Below are positions 1 through 23,800 of a DNA stretch of 64,000 bases, piece after piece (position 1 is the stretch's first letter; every line of letters begins with the position of its first letter). A program made the position numbers and the translations under genes. Under the pieces are notes generated by a model. The model was not told where the DNA came from. It made no database searches and saw only the letters and a program-made list of their open reading frames with translations. Location of the stretch: assembly GCA_039096225.1 (NCBI GenBank), contig JBBPEB010000015.1:1798001-1862000 (forward strand), written 5' to 3'. This DNA comes from Blastocystis sp. Blastoise. Its lineage: Eukaryota > Protista > Bigyra: Opalinata.

Positions 1-328
1 CAAAAATAATAATTATTAATTTAAGAGTATTTAACTATATATATACTCATTGCTGAATCACGTTTTAAAGATGGTAAAAAGGAATTCGACTATAAAAAAT
101 AAAAATATCAACCATAGATGAATCATAACATACATATTCAGCATTTAAATCATATTGAATATATGAAAACGCTACAAAAAGCAAAGAGATAAATGTAACC
201 AGGAAACAACAGATGATAATCATGAGTTTCTTGCCAAAACGACTCCCTCTTCCTAGAAGAGGATATTGATACTGACTAAATTTCATATTCATAAAAGAAT
301 CTAGATAAGAAATGCCATCATTAGTCAT
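1..328 (-). CDS. 5' part of an intron-containing type II membrane protein of unknown function, running off the window edge
   Basis: ATG at 328 and one hydrophobic helix (LMIIICCFLVTFISLLFVAF). A GTATGT...TATAG intron restores an open frame (EY|SNSFLPSLKRDSAM), followed by another GTATAT donor near position 46. Confidence 0.5.
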
Positions 329-1250
329 GACAGAAAAAAAAGTACCTTTAAAGTTCTTTTTATTATGTATAAGTTATGATCAATAGTACTGAAGAAGCAG
401 CAGATACTTTTTAATGAAGAAACAGAACTTAAAGAGTATTAAAAGGACAAAATATAAATACTAAAAAAAAAGATGAATTGTGAATTCCTGCGGAAAAATA
501 AAATTAAACAGTAAAAAAAACAAAAATAATCAATTTAGTCTGTCATGATTAGTCTACAAAACGTCATTAAATAGTATCATTTTCTCAATATACACTGAAG
601 GAAGTTATTTAAATAACTATTTAATCATCTTCTTACAGTTTCTCGACATATAAATCGTAATTGTTTCGAACTACTGAAAATATGAAGAAATATCTCCCAT
701 ATTCTCATTATTAGTATTGAATACTATGCTTTTAACTAATTGGCTATGTCTTTCCATGATTATTATACCAAATAGATCCATTTTATGGAAAAAAACTCAA
801 TTTTGATTTCTTTTTCGTTTTCTATTACTTTTGTCCATATAAATATGTTTGATGATAAGTACATAGCTAGATATATATATTTAAAAAAGTGAATGAGAGT
901 GTCTAGTAGTTATAAGCTTTTGATTTCTTGATTAATATTTTTTTAAAGTATAAATTACTTTATCTAGAATTATATATTAGCTATGTTTAATTGATTGCTA
1001 TACATAGAAAATGAACAAAACATAAACTGATTTGAAGGTAAAATGAATGCAATTACAAAGTAGTATAATGTTATAGATTTTTTTTATTTTCTTGAAAATA
1101 ATTGGTAGTATATTGTATATAATAATTTATATCATCATATATGTAAGTAGAAATAAATAAATATATATATATATATATAATGACTGTAGTATCATTAATT
1201 GAACAGAAAACAAAATAAAAATCATAATTTATGGATAACAATTATTATGT

Positions 1251-2423
1251 TTAGTTCTTGGTATTTATAATAATCCTCTATAAATAAGCATAGTATTATT
1301 ATTATGAATATATATATAAATACTCTTGCTGCTTCATTTCTAATGAATACATAACTAGAATAATACGGACTCCAAGGATATAAAAACAAATAATTTTCAT
1401 CAATAAGATTATTTTTATAAAGATATTCTAAGAATAAGTCACCCTTCATTAATAAAAACTTTATTGTTGTTTTAAAAACTAATGGATCCTGAGGAATACT
1501 TAATGAAGGATAATCATGAATAACCTGGTCAATAATAGCTATATAATTAATTACAGGAATATCACTTTCTTTCATTGATGAAATGACAGGCTGATTCATA
1601 TTTATAGATATATCTATATTCTCTTTATTAAGAGTATTCATATTATTTTGATTATTACTATTCAAATCATTATTAGGTACAGAAGCATTCTTATTAATTA
1701 CATTATAATTATATCCATTAGTATTAGTATTATTCATATATTGTTGAGATAAATTATCTGCGATATTTGATGATAGAGAAGGTATAGATGAAGAATTATT
1801 ACTATCTGATGAATTGACCATAGATGTTTTCATAATAGAGTTTGATAATTGATTTGATGGATTTATAGAAGAAGGAAGAGATAGATTACAATCATAATGC
1901 TGTATAGATACAGAAGGTTGTTTCATTTGCAGGCTTAATGAATCTTGAGAGAGTTGTAATGAAGAATCAATTGAATTCTTTGGTATAGTAGCATTTGTAA
2001 CTTTGTCATTATCATCATTTTTAATTTTATTATTATTATTATTATCAAGAGATTCAGTGATATTCATCTGATTTACTTTTGTTTCTATATCCTTGTGTAT
2101 ACAATCTATCGATTGATTTGTATTTGAGAAAGTATTCACCATTTTCTTTGAATCTATATCTTTTGTATTATATTGTTCATTATCACTATCGGAAGATGAT
2201 ATATAAGAGAATAAATTTATTGATTTAGAAGATGTTTCTATTTCATGCTTTCGTTTGACAGACTCTATTGACGAAGAAGAATCACTATCTTCAGAACCCA
2301 CAAATAACGAATTAAAATCAACAGGTTTCAGCATATATTCAGGTAAATTAGAATTTAAGAAACTTTGTTTTTTATAAAGAGAAGTAATATCACCAGTTGA
2401 AGGTGTAGTTAAATCAGTTATCA

Positions 2424-2471
<48 letters not shown>

Positions 2472-3742
2472 GCGGAGGAGGAGGATAGTGTCTAATGACC
2501 CTTTTATCTTCTTCTGTATCTAATAACCAATGATAATAAGGATATAAACAATGACTTGGCTGAAGAAAACTGAATTTATCTGGATTTTTTAACTAAATAT
2601 ATAGATATAAAATAGAATACTATTAAAATAGCATATAAAATATATAATTAAAATATTATGTGTATACGAGTAGGGTATGATGATAAGTATAATTTTAATT
2701 TTTATTTTGATTTGTTCATGTAATAAACTGAGAATATAATATTTATTTATAGTTTTAAAAAATTTATAATATTATATATAATTAATTATCATCTGAAATA
2801 CTGTATGAATATTATTTATATATATACCCTTAACATGCTTTCCATTTGTTTATGTTTTCTAACAATACTAGCGGTTTTATTCATTTGTATAAATACTTCA
2901 GGAGTCAATGAAGAAGGGATTGTATTTAAATAATCTGGCAATTCATAAGGAAAATAAAAGGATATCAAGGAATCATCTGATAAACATTTCTTAGTGTTTT
3001 CTTCTTCTAATGTAGTATGTTCTATATAATTATAAAATAATCAATATATTTTATATAATCAATAATCCATTCAATATACCTTCTTTACTCAGTGAATTGC
3101 TCTTTGTACTCAATTTATTCTTTGACTCCTTATCTATATATTCAAAATACAAATATATTATAATACTTTTAATTTATTATACAATATGGCGTCATAAATA
3201 AAATAGAATATAGTTATTTACCATTATCTAGAAATTCAGAATCAATAAAGAAACGATATCCATTAAGAACAGATTGTAAATCATATTCATTTTTCTCATA
3301 TCTAATATAAAAGATCTATTATTCATTTATAGTAATCAAAGAAGCATAAAAAAATTAATATAATACATATTTACACAGTGATAGCATTATGTGGTTGAGA
3401 AAAAAGGGAAGATCCGTCCAAAAACAAACGAATATCAAAATTACTCACATAAACTGATGGATAACCATCTAGTTCAATCAGATCATCTTGTGGATGGATC
3501 TAAATAGCAACATAAATATAAATTTCATAAATAAAACAAAACTTATACTGATGTATTTGATTCTTTTATGCTCATTTTCTTTCCTTTCACCTGCGTCTTT
3601 CTGTTATATAGAGTATTGATATTAAATGAAGAAAAGAAAAACAAAATAAATACAATGTTAACTCTTCAAGAGGAGAATGTTCTTCATCGCTAGTGTCTTC
3701 GATGACTCCAACACCACAGAAATAATGTTCATTATGATACAT
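1251..3742 (-). CDS. SFSWAP: Splicing factor suppressor of white-apricot-like protein (DRY_EERY + SURP domains), multi-exon
   Basis: Spliced translation gives MYHNEHYFCGVGVIED...VSNFDIRLFLD (DRY_EERY-like). It then has a SURP motif NKTASIVRKHKQMESMLRLKNPDKFSFLQPSHCLYPYYHW, a poly-Asn linker and a second SURP-like unit (KTTIKFLLMKG...FLYPWSPYYSSY). Stop TAA at 1251-1253. Confidence 0.65.
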
Positions 3743-3911
3743 AGCAAGGAACGTCCTCTTTATATACTTTTAAACCAAAACAATTATCACAGGAAATTTC
3801 TAGTTCTTGGAAATCGGATGTTTCTTTCAATTTCGTTTTTGGAAACTGAGAAATTTGGTTTAGAATTTTTAAACATCGCTTTCTTCCTTATTATTCATCA
3901 TATATACATAA

Positions 3912-4202
3912 ATGGTTTGTTCTCATTGTGAAAAGAAGATAGGAAAACTAGTTATTCCTGATAAATGGCATCCAAAAGGTTCAGAAGACACAAAACCCAA
4001 GAGCCAAAATATGATATTGAAGAATATAAAGCATGATCGTAAATCTGAAAAGGATGAAAGTGTTAGTAAAACATGCAAATTATGTGGAAACATCATAGAA
4101 AAATGGGCTAATTATTGTAATCAGTGTGCTTATAAAAAAGGTATATGTTCTCGATGTGGAAGAAAAATTCAAGACACAAAGATGTTAAAAATGTCAAAGT
4201 AA
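3912..4202 (+). CDS. CRIPT: Cysteine-rich PDZ-binding protein CRIPT (minor-spliceosome-associated), intronless
   Basis: MVCSHCEKK...IPDKW N-terminus and CKLC-x9-YCNQCAYKKGICSRCG pattern typical of the family. Confidence 0.9.
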   Translation: MVCSHCEKKIGKLVIPDKWHPKGSEDTKPKSQNMILKNIKHDRKSEKDESVSKTCKLCGNIIEKWANYCNQCAYKKGICSRCGRKIQDTKMLKMSK

Positions 4203-4361
4203 TTCTCTCATTCTTATTTGCCAGCTAAATATTTTCATTCTTATTTGCCAGCTAAATATATATCTGTGAATCTACAAACATATAGAAACAATTTCTTTTT
4301 TGTATGCATTTAATATAGTGTCAAGTTTATTCATTATATTCATGCTTTTGTTTACATGAAC

Positions 4362-4419
<58 letters not shown>

Positions 4420-4652
4420 AGAAAGAGATTCGAAAACTAGTATTGAAAAGTTTATGTTAGTAAAATGTTTTTCATATTTATCCACTTATATATATTTTAT
4501 TATTTATAAAAGAACTCATTAATAATATAGTTTAACAAAACAATAATAATTAAACATCAAATATATAAAACTATATAATTTTAAAAATAAGATAGATACA
4601 TATATCAATCAAACAAATACATATTTAATTAAAAAAAGAGATAACAAATGAA

Positions 4653-5007
4653 TTATATTTTCTGTTGAGCTTCTACCATTGTTTTATATTCTTGACAAGT
4701 AGACAGAAGTTCATTATGGGTACCTTGAGCCTTTACATTTCCTTTTTGAATAAAGAATATAATATCACTATTTTCAACAGTAGTAATACGATGAGCAACA
4801 GTAATAACAGTACATATATGATCTTTTCTCCAAGAATTCAAAGCATTTATAAATTTCATTTGACTTTCATTATCTAATGCACTTGTTGCTTCATCTAAAA
4901 TAAGAATAGATGGATGACGAATCAAAGCACGTGCTAAAGCAATACGTTGTTTCTCACCACCAGAAACTAATTTACCTGTTTCACCAACTGAAGTCTTATA
5001 TCTATAA

Positions 5008-5053
<46 letters not shown>

Positions 5054-8000
5054 TTTTGAATTAAATATTTATAATAATTTTAGAATTAAATATATATAGT
5101 ATTATTCATTATATAAATAATTAAATATATATATATATACTTATCTGGTAATTGTTGAATAAAATCATCACAAAGAGCTAATTTACTAATTTCTTGTATT
5201 TCATCTTCAGAAGCTTTTGATTTTCCTTCAGTACCTAAAGCAATATTTTCTTCTATATTTCCCGCAAATAAAATAGGTTCTTGGAAAACTACACCAATGT
5301 GACTACGTAAATAATGAATATTCCATTCTTCAAGGGATTTATTATCTATACATATACTTCCACTATCTATATAAATATATATATATATATAGTAGAATCA
5401 AAAATATATATATATATATTTATTAAATATATAGAGTGATATAAATATATATATAATTTAACTAGAGAGAGAATAAGTAAAATAATATATAATTAAAAAA
5501 TAATATATAATAGAAAAAATAAATATTAAAAACAATAAGCATACCTGGAATATACATTCGTTCTATTAAAGACATAATAGTACTTTTACCACAGCCACTC
5601 TCTCCAACAAAAGCAACAGTACTACCAGCAGGAATATTAAAGTTCATTCCATTTAATATAGATACTTCTCTTCTAGTAGGATATGCAAAATGAACATTTT
5701 TAAATGTAATCGTACCATCAATTTCAGTTGAACTATCTCCTCTTGTATCTCTAGAATCAATCATAGGTTTATGGTCAATAAGTTTAAATGTATCAATAGT
5801 AGCTTGTTTAGCTAACAAGGCATTTGGAATATATGCCATGTTTATACCCAAGAATGTAGCACTATAATAATAAGTATAGTGTATTATAATATTTAATATA
5901 ATAATAAGTATAATCTATAATAATATTTAATAGAATAATAAATATTATTTAAAAAATATATATATATGATTTATATATACCAATAGAAAGCACAAATAGC
6001 GATAAAGAAGACTTGATCCGAAGTTAATCGTCCACTATTAATAAATAATAAACCAATACCAAATACAATAGGGAAATAACTAGAATTACCAAATGCATTA
6101 ACCATGGTACCCAGAGCTTGTTTTTGAGCTCTTCGTCTTCCCTCTTTATCAGCAGTCTTCTTTAAATCCTCTATCATACGATTGGCTAATAAAGTATTAA
6201 TATTGTAACTGTAAACAGTATAAATATTAAATAAATAATCAGTTAATGTAGCAGAATCTTGTTGAAGTTTCTTATCAATAATAAGAGTAATTTTATAGAC
6301 CATCATAAAAGAAGCATATTCAACTACAAGAACAAGAGGAGTAAATATAACAGCACAAATACCATACAACCAATCTGTGAAGAATATAATAATCAAGGAA
6401 ATAACCACAAGTGATACATTCTCTACTAATATACCCACCTTATCAACAATCACATCACGAACACGACGGGCATCTACAGCTATTTTGGTTGATATTATAC
6501 CTATAATAATACGTATAATATTAAATAAAATAATATGTATAATAGAAATAAGTATAATAAATATAATAAATATAATAATAAATATAATTATAATATAATA
6601 ATAAATATTATAATAATAATATACTTGGTTGATTTTGTTTATAATCAAAATAAGCAGCTTCATGATGAATAATACTATTAAAAGCACTTTCTTTTATATT
6701 AGCAACCATACGTTCTCCAGAAACACCTTGTAAATACCAAATAAGATAGACAATAAATGGAACACATAAGGCTATAATAAGTAACCATAATCCTGACCAT
6801 AATCCAGAAGATAACATCTTCTCTAAATCTAAACTATACATTAAAGATTCTAAAAGAGACACAAAAACACTAAATAATGGCCAAACGAATCCTTTTAATA
6901 TACAGAATATAAATGACACGTAATACCATACTTTCAAATGATCCATATTATCTAATAATCGCACAAATGAATGATTTGAGGGTGTTCCTTCTTCTATATC
7001 TTCAGACTTTGTTTCTATAACTGTAGTTTTAGTTGTTTCTATATTCTTATTATTCTTATTATCATTATCTTTCTTTATATCTTCAAGTTGAGGTATAGGT
7101 GAGTTAGGTAGTGAATGATTAGTATCTTTTTGATTCCATAATTCAGAATATAAACCATTTTTATTTAATAATTCATGATGGTTACCTTGTTCTAATAATT
7201 CACCATCTTTAATTACATAAATCATATCAGCAGTTTGAATAGAACTTAATCGATGAGCAATAATAACAGTACATATATTACTATTCTGACGAATACCTTC
7301 AATAGCTTCTTGTATCTTCTCTTCACTTTTACTATCTAAAGCACTAGTTGCTTCATCAAATACTAATATTTTAGGTTGTTTTATTAATGCACGAGCAATA
7401 GCTATTCTTTGTTTTTGTCCACCAGATATATTACTACCAAGTTCACCTACATAAGTATCATATTGATTTGGAAATTGCATAATAAAATCATGAGCACCAG
7501 CAGTTTTAGCAGCTTCTATTATTTGTTCATCTGTAGCTTCACCAGTAGATAATCCTAATAATATATTCTCTTTAATAGTACCACTAAATAAAACAGGTTC
7601 TTGAGCAACATAAGCCATTTGATCTCTTAACCATACTAAATTAATATCTTTATAATTAACATTATCATAAGTAATTACACCAGAAATAGGATCATAAAAA
7701 CGTAATAATAATTTAATTATTGTTGATTTACCACTTCCACTCGGACCTACTATACCAATAGTCTTTCCTTGAGGAAATTCTAAGGATATATTCTTTAAAA
7801 TCATACGATCTTTAGAAGTTTCATATTTATAAGAAATATCTTTAAATGAAACAGTGCCATGAGAATGAGTAGGAATAATACCTGATTTAGAACTCGAATC
7901 AATTGTAGGCTTACGATTAATAATTTCTAAAAATGAGTTTGTCGCCTCTTTAGCTTGAGAAAAAGACATAAAAGCACTTGAAGACCAACCAAATGAAATA

Positions 8001-9587
8001 AAAGCAACAATAACCGAGAAAAGAACAATAATAGTATCTCCTCCTACAAGACATCCTGAAGAACCATCATACCAACAACTTTGAACCTTAGAACACTATA
8101 TATATAATATAACATAGATATATAGGTAATATTTATTTAGTTTCTATAAAGAGAGATGAGAAAATATAATATAATATAATATAATATAATATAATATAAT
8201 ATAATATAATATAATATAATATAATATAATATAATATAATATAATATAATATAATATAATATAATATAATATAATATAATATAAAATTAAATAAAACTTA
8301 AAAAAATATATATATATAAAAATTATAATATAATAAAAACATACAGCATCCATACAAATATCAGATAATGTTGAGTTATTCATACATATATCAACAGCAG
8401 TTGAATTCGAACTGATACAATGAGAATCTCTAAGTAATGTAAGATAATCTAATCGATCAAAATAAGCAAAGATAACAGCAAAGAAGAAAGCAACACTATA
8501 GGAAAGAATTGTAGAACCTTGAGATAAACCAAGACCAAAACCAGCCTTTCCTATCAATCTCGAAAATAAATCTCTTGTATGATCCGTCTAGACACATATA
8601 TAGAATAACAATAACTATATTATAAAAAACAATTAAGAAAAAAAGAGAAATGATCTAATAAAACACTATACAATTGTCTTAAATTGCTTTGAAAAGAATT
8701 TCTCAGATGTAAAGGCAGCGACAGTCTTTATATTTCTTGAACATTCTTCAACAACAGCATTTCCTTTACGATTCTCATCAGTGATGAGTTTTTCAAAGGA
8801 CATATTAACTCCAATAAACACAGAAGTACCAATAAAGAGAATAGGGAAACATACAATACAGCATAAAGTCAATTTCCAACTCTAAAAATAAAAATTTATT
8901 TTTATAAAAATGATTTAATAAGATAATAACAACTCTATTATATTCTTTAAGATAATTATATATACATAAATGAATCCAACAATTAAACCACCGATAAGTT
9001 GGAAGAATGCTCGAATAAAACCACCGATACCAGGTCCAAGTCCATCACGAATTCTTGCACTCTGTTCAGCAATTCGTTCACCAATCTTATTAGGATTAAT
9101 CTGTTCAATATAAGCTACATCTTGGTTTAAAGCAGATATAATATATTTTTGTCTATAATAAACGATCTGTCTTTCTAAATATACGTTAATTATGTATCAC
9201 AAACATATATATAAATACCCGCATAATATCCATAGCAGTATCCTTCAAGATAAGCAATTAAAGCCATGATGACTACCGTAAGTATCCAAAAACCAAAAAC
9301 GGGAGCAATATCATTCAGTAAATCTCCAGTAAAGTTCAAAACATTGATAAAAGACCCAAAAAATATCATTGCAATAGGGATAACTAGACCACCAATTAAA
9401 GAACCTAAAGCAATTATATCTATGAATTATTTCTATATGTACATAAGAGTCCAACTGTAATTAACACTTTCCCTTTTGTATCAGCATGAGTAAAATAAAG
9501 TTCCTTTAAAGTGACTGAATTTTCTTTCACTGGCTCTGTAAATGCAAAATATCACTAATATAAACACTCCTACATACCTTGAGACAT
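4653..9587 (-). CDS. Full-size ABCB (MDR/P-glycoprotein-like) transporter, TMD-NBD-TMD-NBD, multi-exon
   Basis: Two Walker A motifs (GPSGSGKST, GESGCGKST), signatures ISGGQKQRIAIARAL and VSGGEKQRIALARAL, two DEATSALD motifs and two TMDs. Introns checked are GT-AG and frame-preserving. Confidence 0.93.
8163..8283. repeat. (ATATA)n pentanucleotide microsatellite inside an ABCB intron
   Basis: About 24 perfect units seen directly. Confidence 0.95.
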
Positions 9588-11077
9588 GATATCTATTCGA
9601 CGAGAGTAATTCTACGAATGATAAAATAAATAAAATATGATAAATACACGAAATGAAAAAAATAAATATTTTAAAAATCCGTTTTTAGAGATACAGCGAG
9701 GTTAATTCCCATGTCCGTCTTCTCGAATAAAAAAGCCAATCATTATGGAGAACTGAAAACAAAAGTAGTTCTCTTATCCATCTGAAGAACCATGATTCTT
9801 ATACAAATTTGCGAATCACTATACATTTTTTATTTACAAATCACCTGTTTTTATGATAATGTACCCATTATCCATTGTATTCGAATGAATGGATAAATAA
9901 AAATGTTAATAAATAAATACAAATTATTTCTTCACTTTTTTCCCATTAATTCTTTTATTCTTTTTTATTCCTAATTACTTCTGTATATCAAATTAAACTA
10001 CTTTTTATTCTCTATCCATTGATATGCATAACGGTTCATTCTAATAAATAAATATAATTTTTTTAATACTTTAATTAGAAATATCAAACTTTTTATTAAA
10101 AACTTCCTTCTTTTTAGGGTGTCCTTAACAATATGTACATTTTTAAATATATGTATCCTTTTAAACAACATATCATTGTAATTCCCGTAAATAATAAAAT
10201 AAATTAACCCAAATTTCATTTTCTCTCATGTCGACTTTCTGAATTACGGTATAGAATAAACATTCTAATACTTTTAAAATTAAAAATGGCATTTTTTTTC
10301 TTCTATAGGCTTTTGTGGATCTCTATGACTAGCTATTTTTGCTCAATTCTAACTTTATGTATTGATTGTTGACGATCTCAGAGATCCATGGAAACAAAAA
10401 CGAAACCAAACTATGAAATGGTAATAATTACTATTTATAAAAACGGTTGTAGTCATCAAAGCATCTTTTAGACTATGTGGGAAAAGAAGCTTATTAGTAG
10501 GTAACTAGTAAATAGCTCGTATTTGAACAAATACAAAAACTTTTTTTTAAATTTTTTTTATATTCCTTTACATCTATTTAATTTCTACGAAATGCTTATG
10601 GGCAAGTCAGCGAATGCATACATATAGTTTTATTGACTTTTTGTGAAAATGAGTTTTTTCAATTTTGATATTTAGTATAATTATTATACTTAAATATGTT
10701 ATTTATAATGTATTCATTGCATTTTTCTTGTTTTTGCTTTTTATTTTAATAATTATTTTTTCTACTAAAATGAAAATCGTCAATGATTCATATTATTTAG
10801 AAATTGTTATCATTTTTGCATACATATATTCATATATCTTAATATATATATAAATTTTGAACCATCTGATAGTGAGTGGAAAAAAGTGTCATTGGCAATT
10901 AGTGCCTAGAAAGATATATTATATGCACAAAATGAGATTGTATCAAACTGTACATAAAACCCTATATCAAATGAATAAATAATGCTTTTAAATTCTATTA
11001 TTCTTTCCCCACCAAAACTTGCAAGTTTTTATCGTTTCAATTTTTCTATTTATTTTTGTTAAGAAAGAAAAATAGAA

Positions 11078-17322
<6,245 letters not shown>

Positions 17323-17989
17323 ATATATATATATATATTTAATAAACAATTATGTATTATAGTATTTTCAATACGTATACTTTTTATATTCATTGTTTTA
17401 TCTTGTTTTTATATATACGTGATAATGTTTATTTCATAAAAAAGTAATAAAATATCAAGTTATTGAATTCTTTGTATATAAAAGTGTTTAATATATTTAT
17501 TATTCAACTAATTAGATATATAATATATCACAACATACAGTATAGTCAATCCATGTTTTGACATTTCCTTTAATTCATATAAATCTGTTATTTATAGTAT
17601 ATATAGTATATAAGACATTTTTAATATATGCATTATTATTGACAACTAAGATATTGTTTACATTCTAAAGAGTTATAAAAAATAATAGAATTGGTTATTA
17701 TATAAATTAAAAGGTATTATCGTAGTAACACTATCAGCGATTTCCATGAATAAAAATGGCATTCTTTGCCATTTTTTTGCTTGTTTCTTTTTAAGTTTTT
17801 TTCAGCCAGGCGAAAAGAGTAGCCAAAAATTAGGTCATTTTTGTCGGATTTGGTCTTTCTTTTCATTCGTTCAGAATTCTTTTAGAAACGTCATTATTTT
17901 TATTTATTTTATCGTTGTGTGAATGATAATAAAAATATAATAACAAAAGACAATAAATAATAATATAATAATTATAACAATAGTAAAAT

Positions 17990-18545
17990 AATAGTTATTT
18001 GACTTTGATTTAAGTTAATTGTGAACCATTTTGAGGACTATACATGAAAAAAGATAAAATTAATAATAATATAGATAATAGATAAGTATATACCTTGATA
18101 GAACACATCTAGACCAACGAACGAAGAAGAACAAACACTATAAAAACAGAATGTAAAAATATATATATAATATAAGAATATACCTTCAACCACCAAGTAG
18201 TTGTTGGCCAAGGGAGACTTTATCAAGCACCTATTACCTTTAAAAAAATAAAAATAGTTAATTGTAAAAAAAAATAAAAACAATAATTACCTTTAAAACC
18301 ATGAAGACATGGACCAAGAAGACCTGACACAACAGTTGAACCTTTAGAAGATAATAAATAGTAATAACAAAAAGAATGTAAAAAAAATATACCTTTAATA
18401 ACCCCAGATTTCTAGTCACCTAAACCCCACAGCTCATTGTTTAACTGTAAAAATGAAGAGGAATCAGGACCTATTTGAATCTATTTTGAAGGACCAGTAA
18501 GCCTATATAGCATAAAATAAATAAAAAATATTATATACATTTTAT
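17990..18545 (-). ncRNA. Putative spliced non-coding (or decayed) transcript inside the CACTA element, 5 short introns
   Basis: GT-AG introns at 18503-18538, 18342-18392, 18238-18290, 18138-18183 and 18038-18093 separate GC-richer exons of 44-110 nt, four ending AAG|GT. Exon 2 has stops in all frames. Transcript ends are approximate. Confidence 0.5.
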
Positions 18546-19374
18546 AATATATAATATATAGTTGTAAATTAAATAAAAATAAAAATAAATATGTGAAAAT
18601 ATTGAATCTTATAAATAAAGAGAAATTCCCCCTTCCAATTTATTTTTTGTATAATAAAAGTCTTTAGAAAATCTTGGTTTCCAGGGGTTAAAACATTTTA
18701 AAATTTTCCCTTTTTCTCTTTTATAAAGTCTATTTGAATTTAAAAATGATTTATAAATGTATTATGTGTTTATGAACCTTAATTATTTAATTTAAACATG
18801 TTTAAGACTTATTAAAACGAAAGAATCGTTATTTTTAAAAGTTTTAATTTCAATTAAATATATTTGTCTGTCATTTTTATTCAATAGTATTTTATTTATA
18901 ATAAGAAGGTAATAAAGAAGCAGAAAATATATTTAGTATAATTAATTATAGAAACATGATTCACAATTCATAAACTTTTGTTTTTTATAAGTTTTATTCC
19001 AACGAATTACAGAGTATTATAAGTGACTGAATAAATTGAGACTTTTTAAAAGGTCATTAAGTTGTTTTAGAAATAATAAAGAATGCAATTTATTAAAGTA
19101 TAAAGTAGATTCATATTTTATCTCTTTCTTTCTATTATTCTAAAAGAATTCTATAAATAATTTTATTACTAAATACTACAAAACAAAAAGAATAATATAT
19201 AAGTTAATAAACACAATAAAAGATAGATAAAAAAGATAATATATAGTATATATATAGTAGTATATCATTATAATACATATAATATAAATATATATGAAAC
19301 TTCTTTCTATCCTATATATACATGATTATAAAACTAAGTATAATCTAAATATATATATATATATTGATATAGTA

Positions 19375-23193
<3,819 letters not shown>

Positions 23194-23203
23194 CTATATA
23201 TAT

Positions 23204-23323
<120 letters not shown>

Positions 23324-23350
23324 AATAAATAAATATCTATATGGACTTAC

Positions 23351-23800
23351 TATTTTTATTTGGAAAGCACGAAACTATAATCAGGATTCATAAATGGTGA
23401 CACGAAAACCATCATTCTATATAATATATAATTTAATAAGAATAAAATATAAAGATATATATAATAAACAAATAATAAATAAATATTTTAATAGAGGAAA
23501 ACAAAAAAATGGAAAAAGAGTTAATGCAACATAAAAATTTATATACTATATTTACATACCTTTAACAGTGTTTTGAGTTGCTGTCTGAAAGAAGCCAGTG
23601 AAGTATTCAAGGAACCTTTTAAGAACTGAGCCAACGAGTACACATCATAGAACCTTTTGGGATAGACACAGAAGACTGGCTGACGGGAAGAGAAAACCCA
23701 GAATCGAAAACCTAAAAGAATTATGAAAAATATTTTGATATATTCTATAACTAAATACTGAAATAGCATAACACTGCTTAGAATGACCGGCAATCCTTAT
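23351..23800 (-). other. Putative element-derived leader exons positioned to splice into the SCC2 fragment
   Basis: Exons at ~23759-23800, 23560-23711 (ends AAG|GTATGT) and 23351-23416 (donor GTAAGT), then an intron to the exon starting at 23193. No continuous ORF across them. Confidence 0.45.

Noticed and set aside
10290-10400. Small ORF or hairpin (TGGATCTCT...AGAGATCCA) as an RNA gene or SECIS
   Set aside because: Only a 9-bp perfect stem, no recognisable family motifs, and the ORF is 28 codons.
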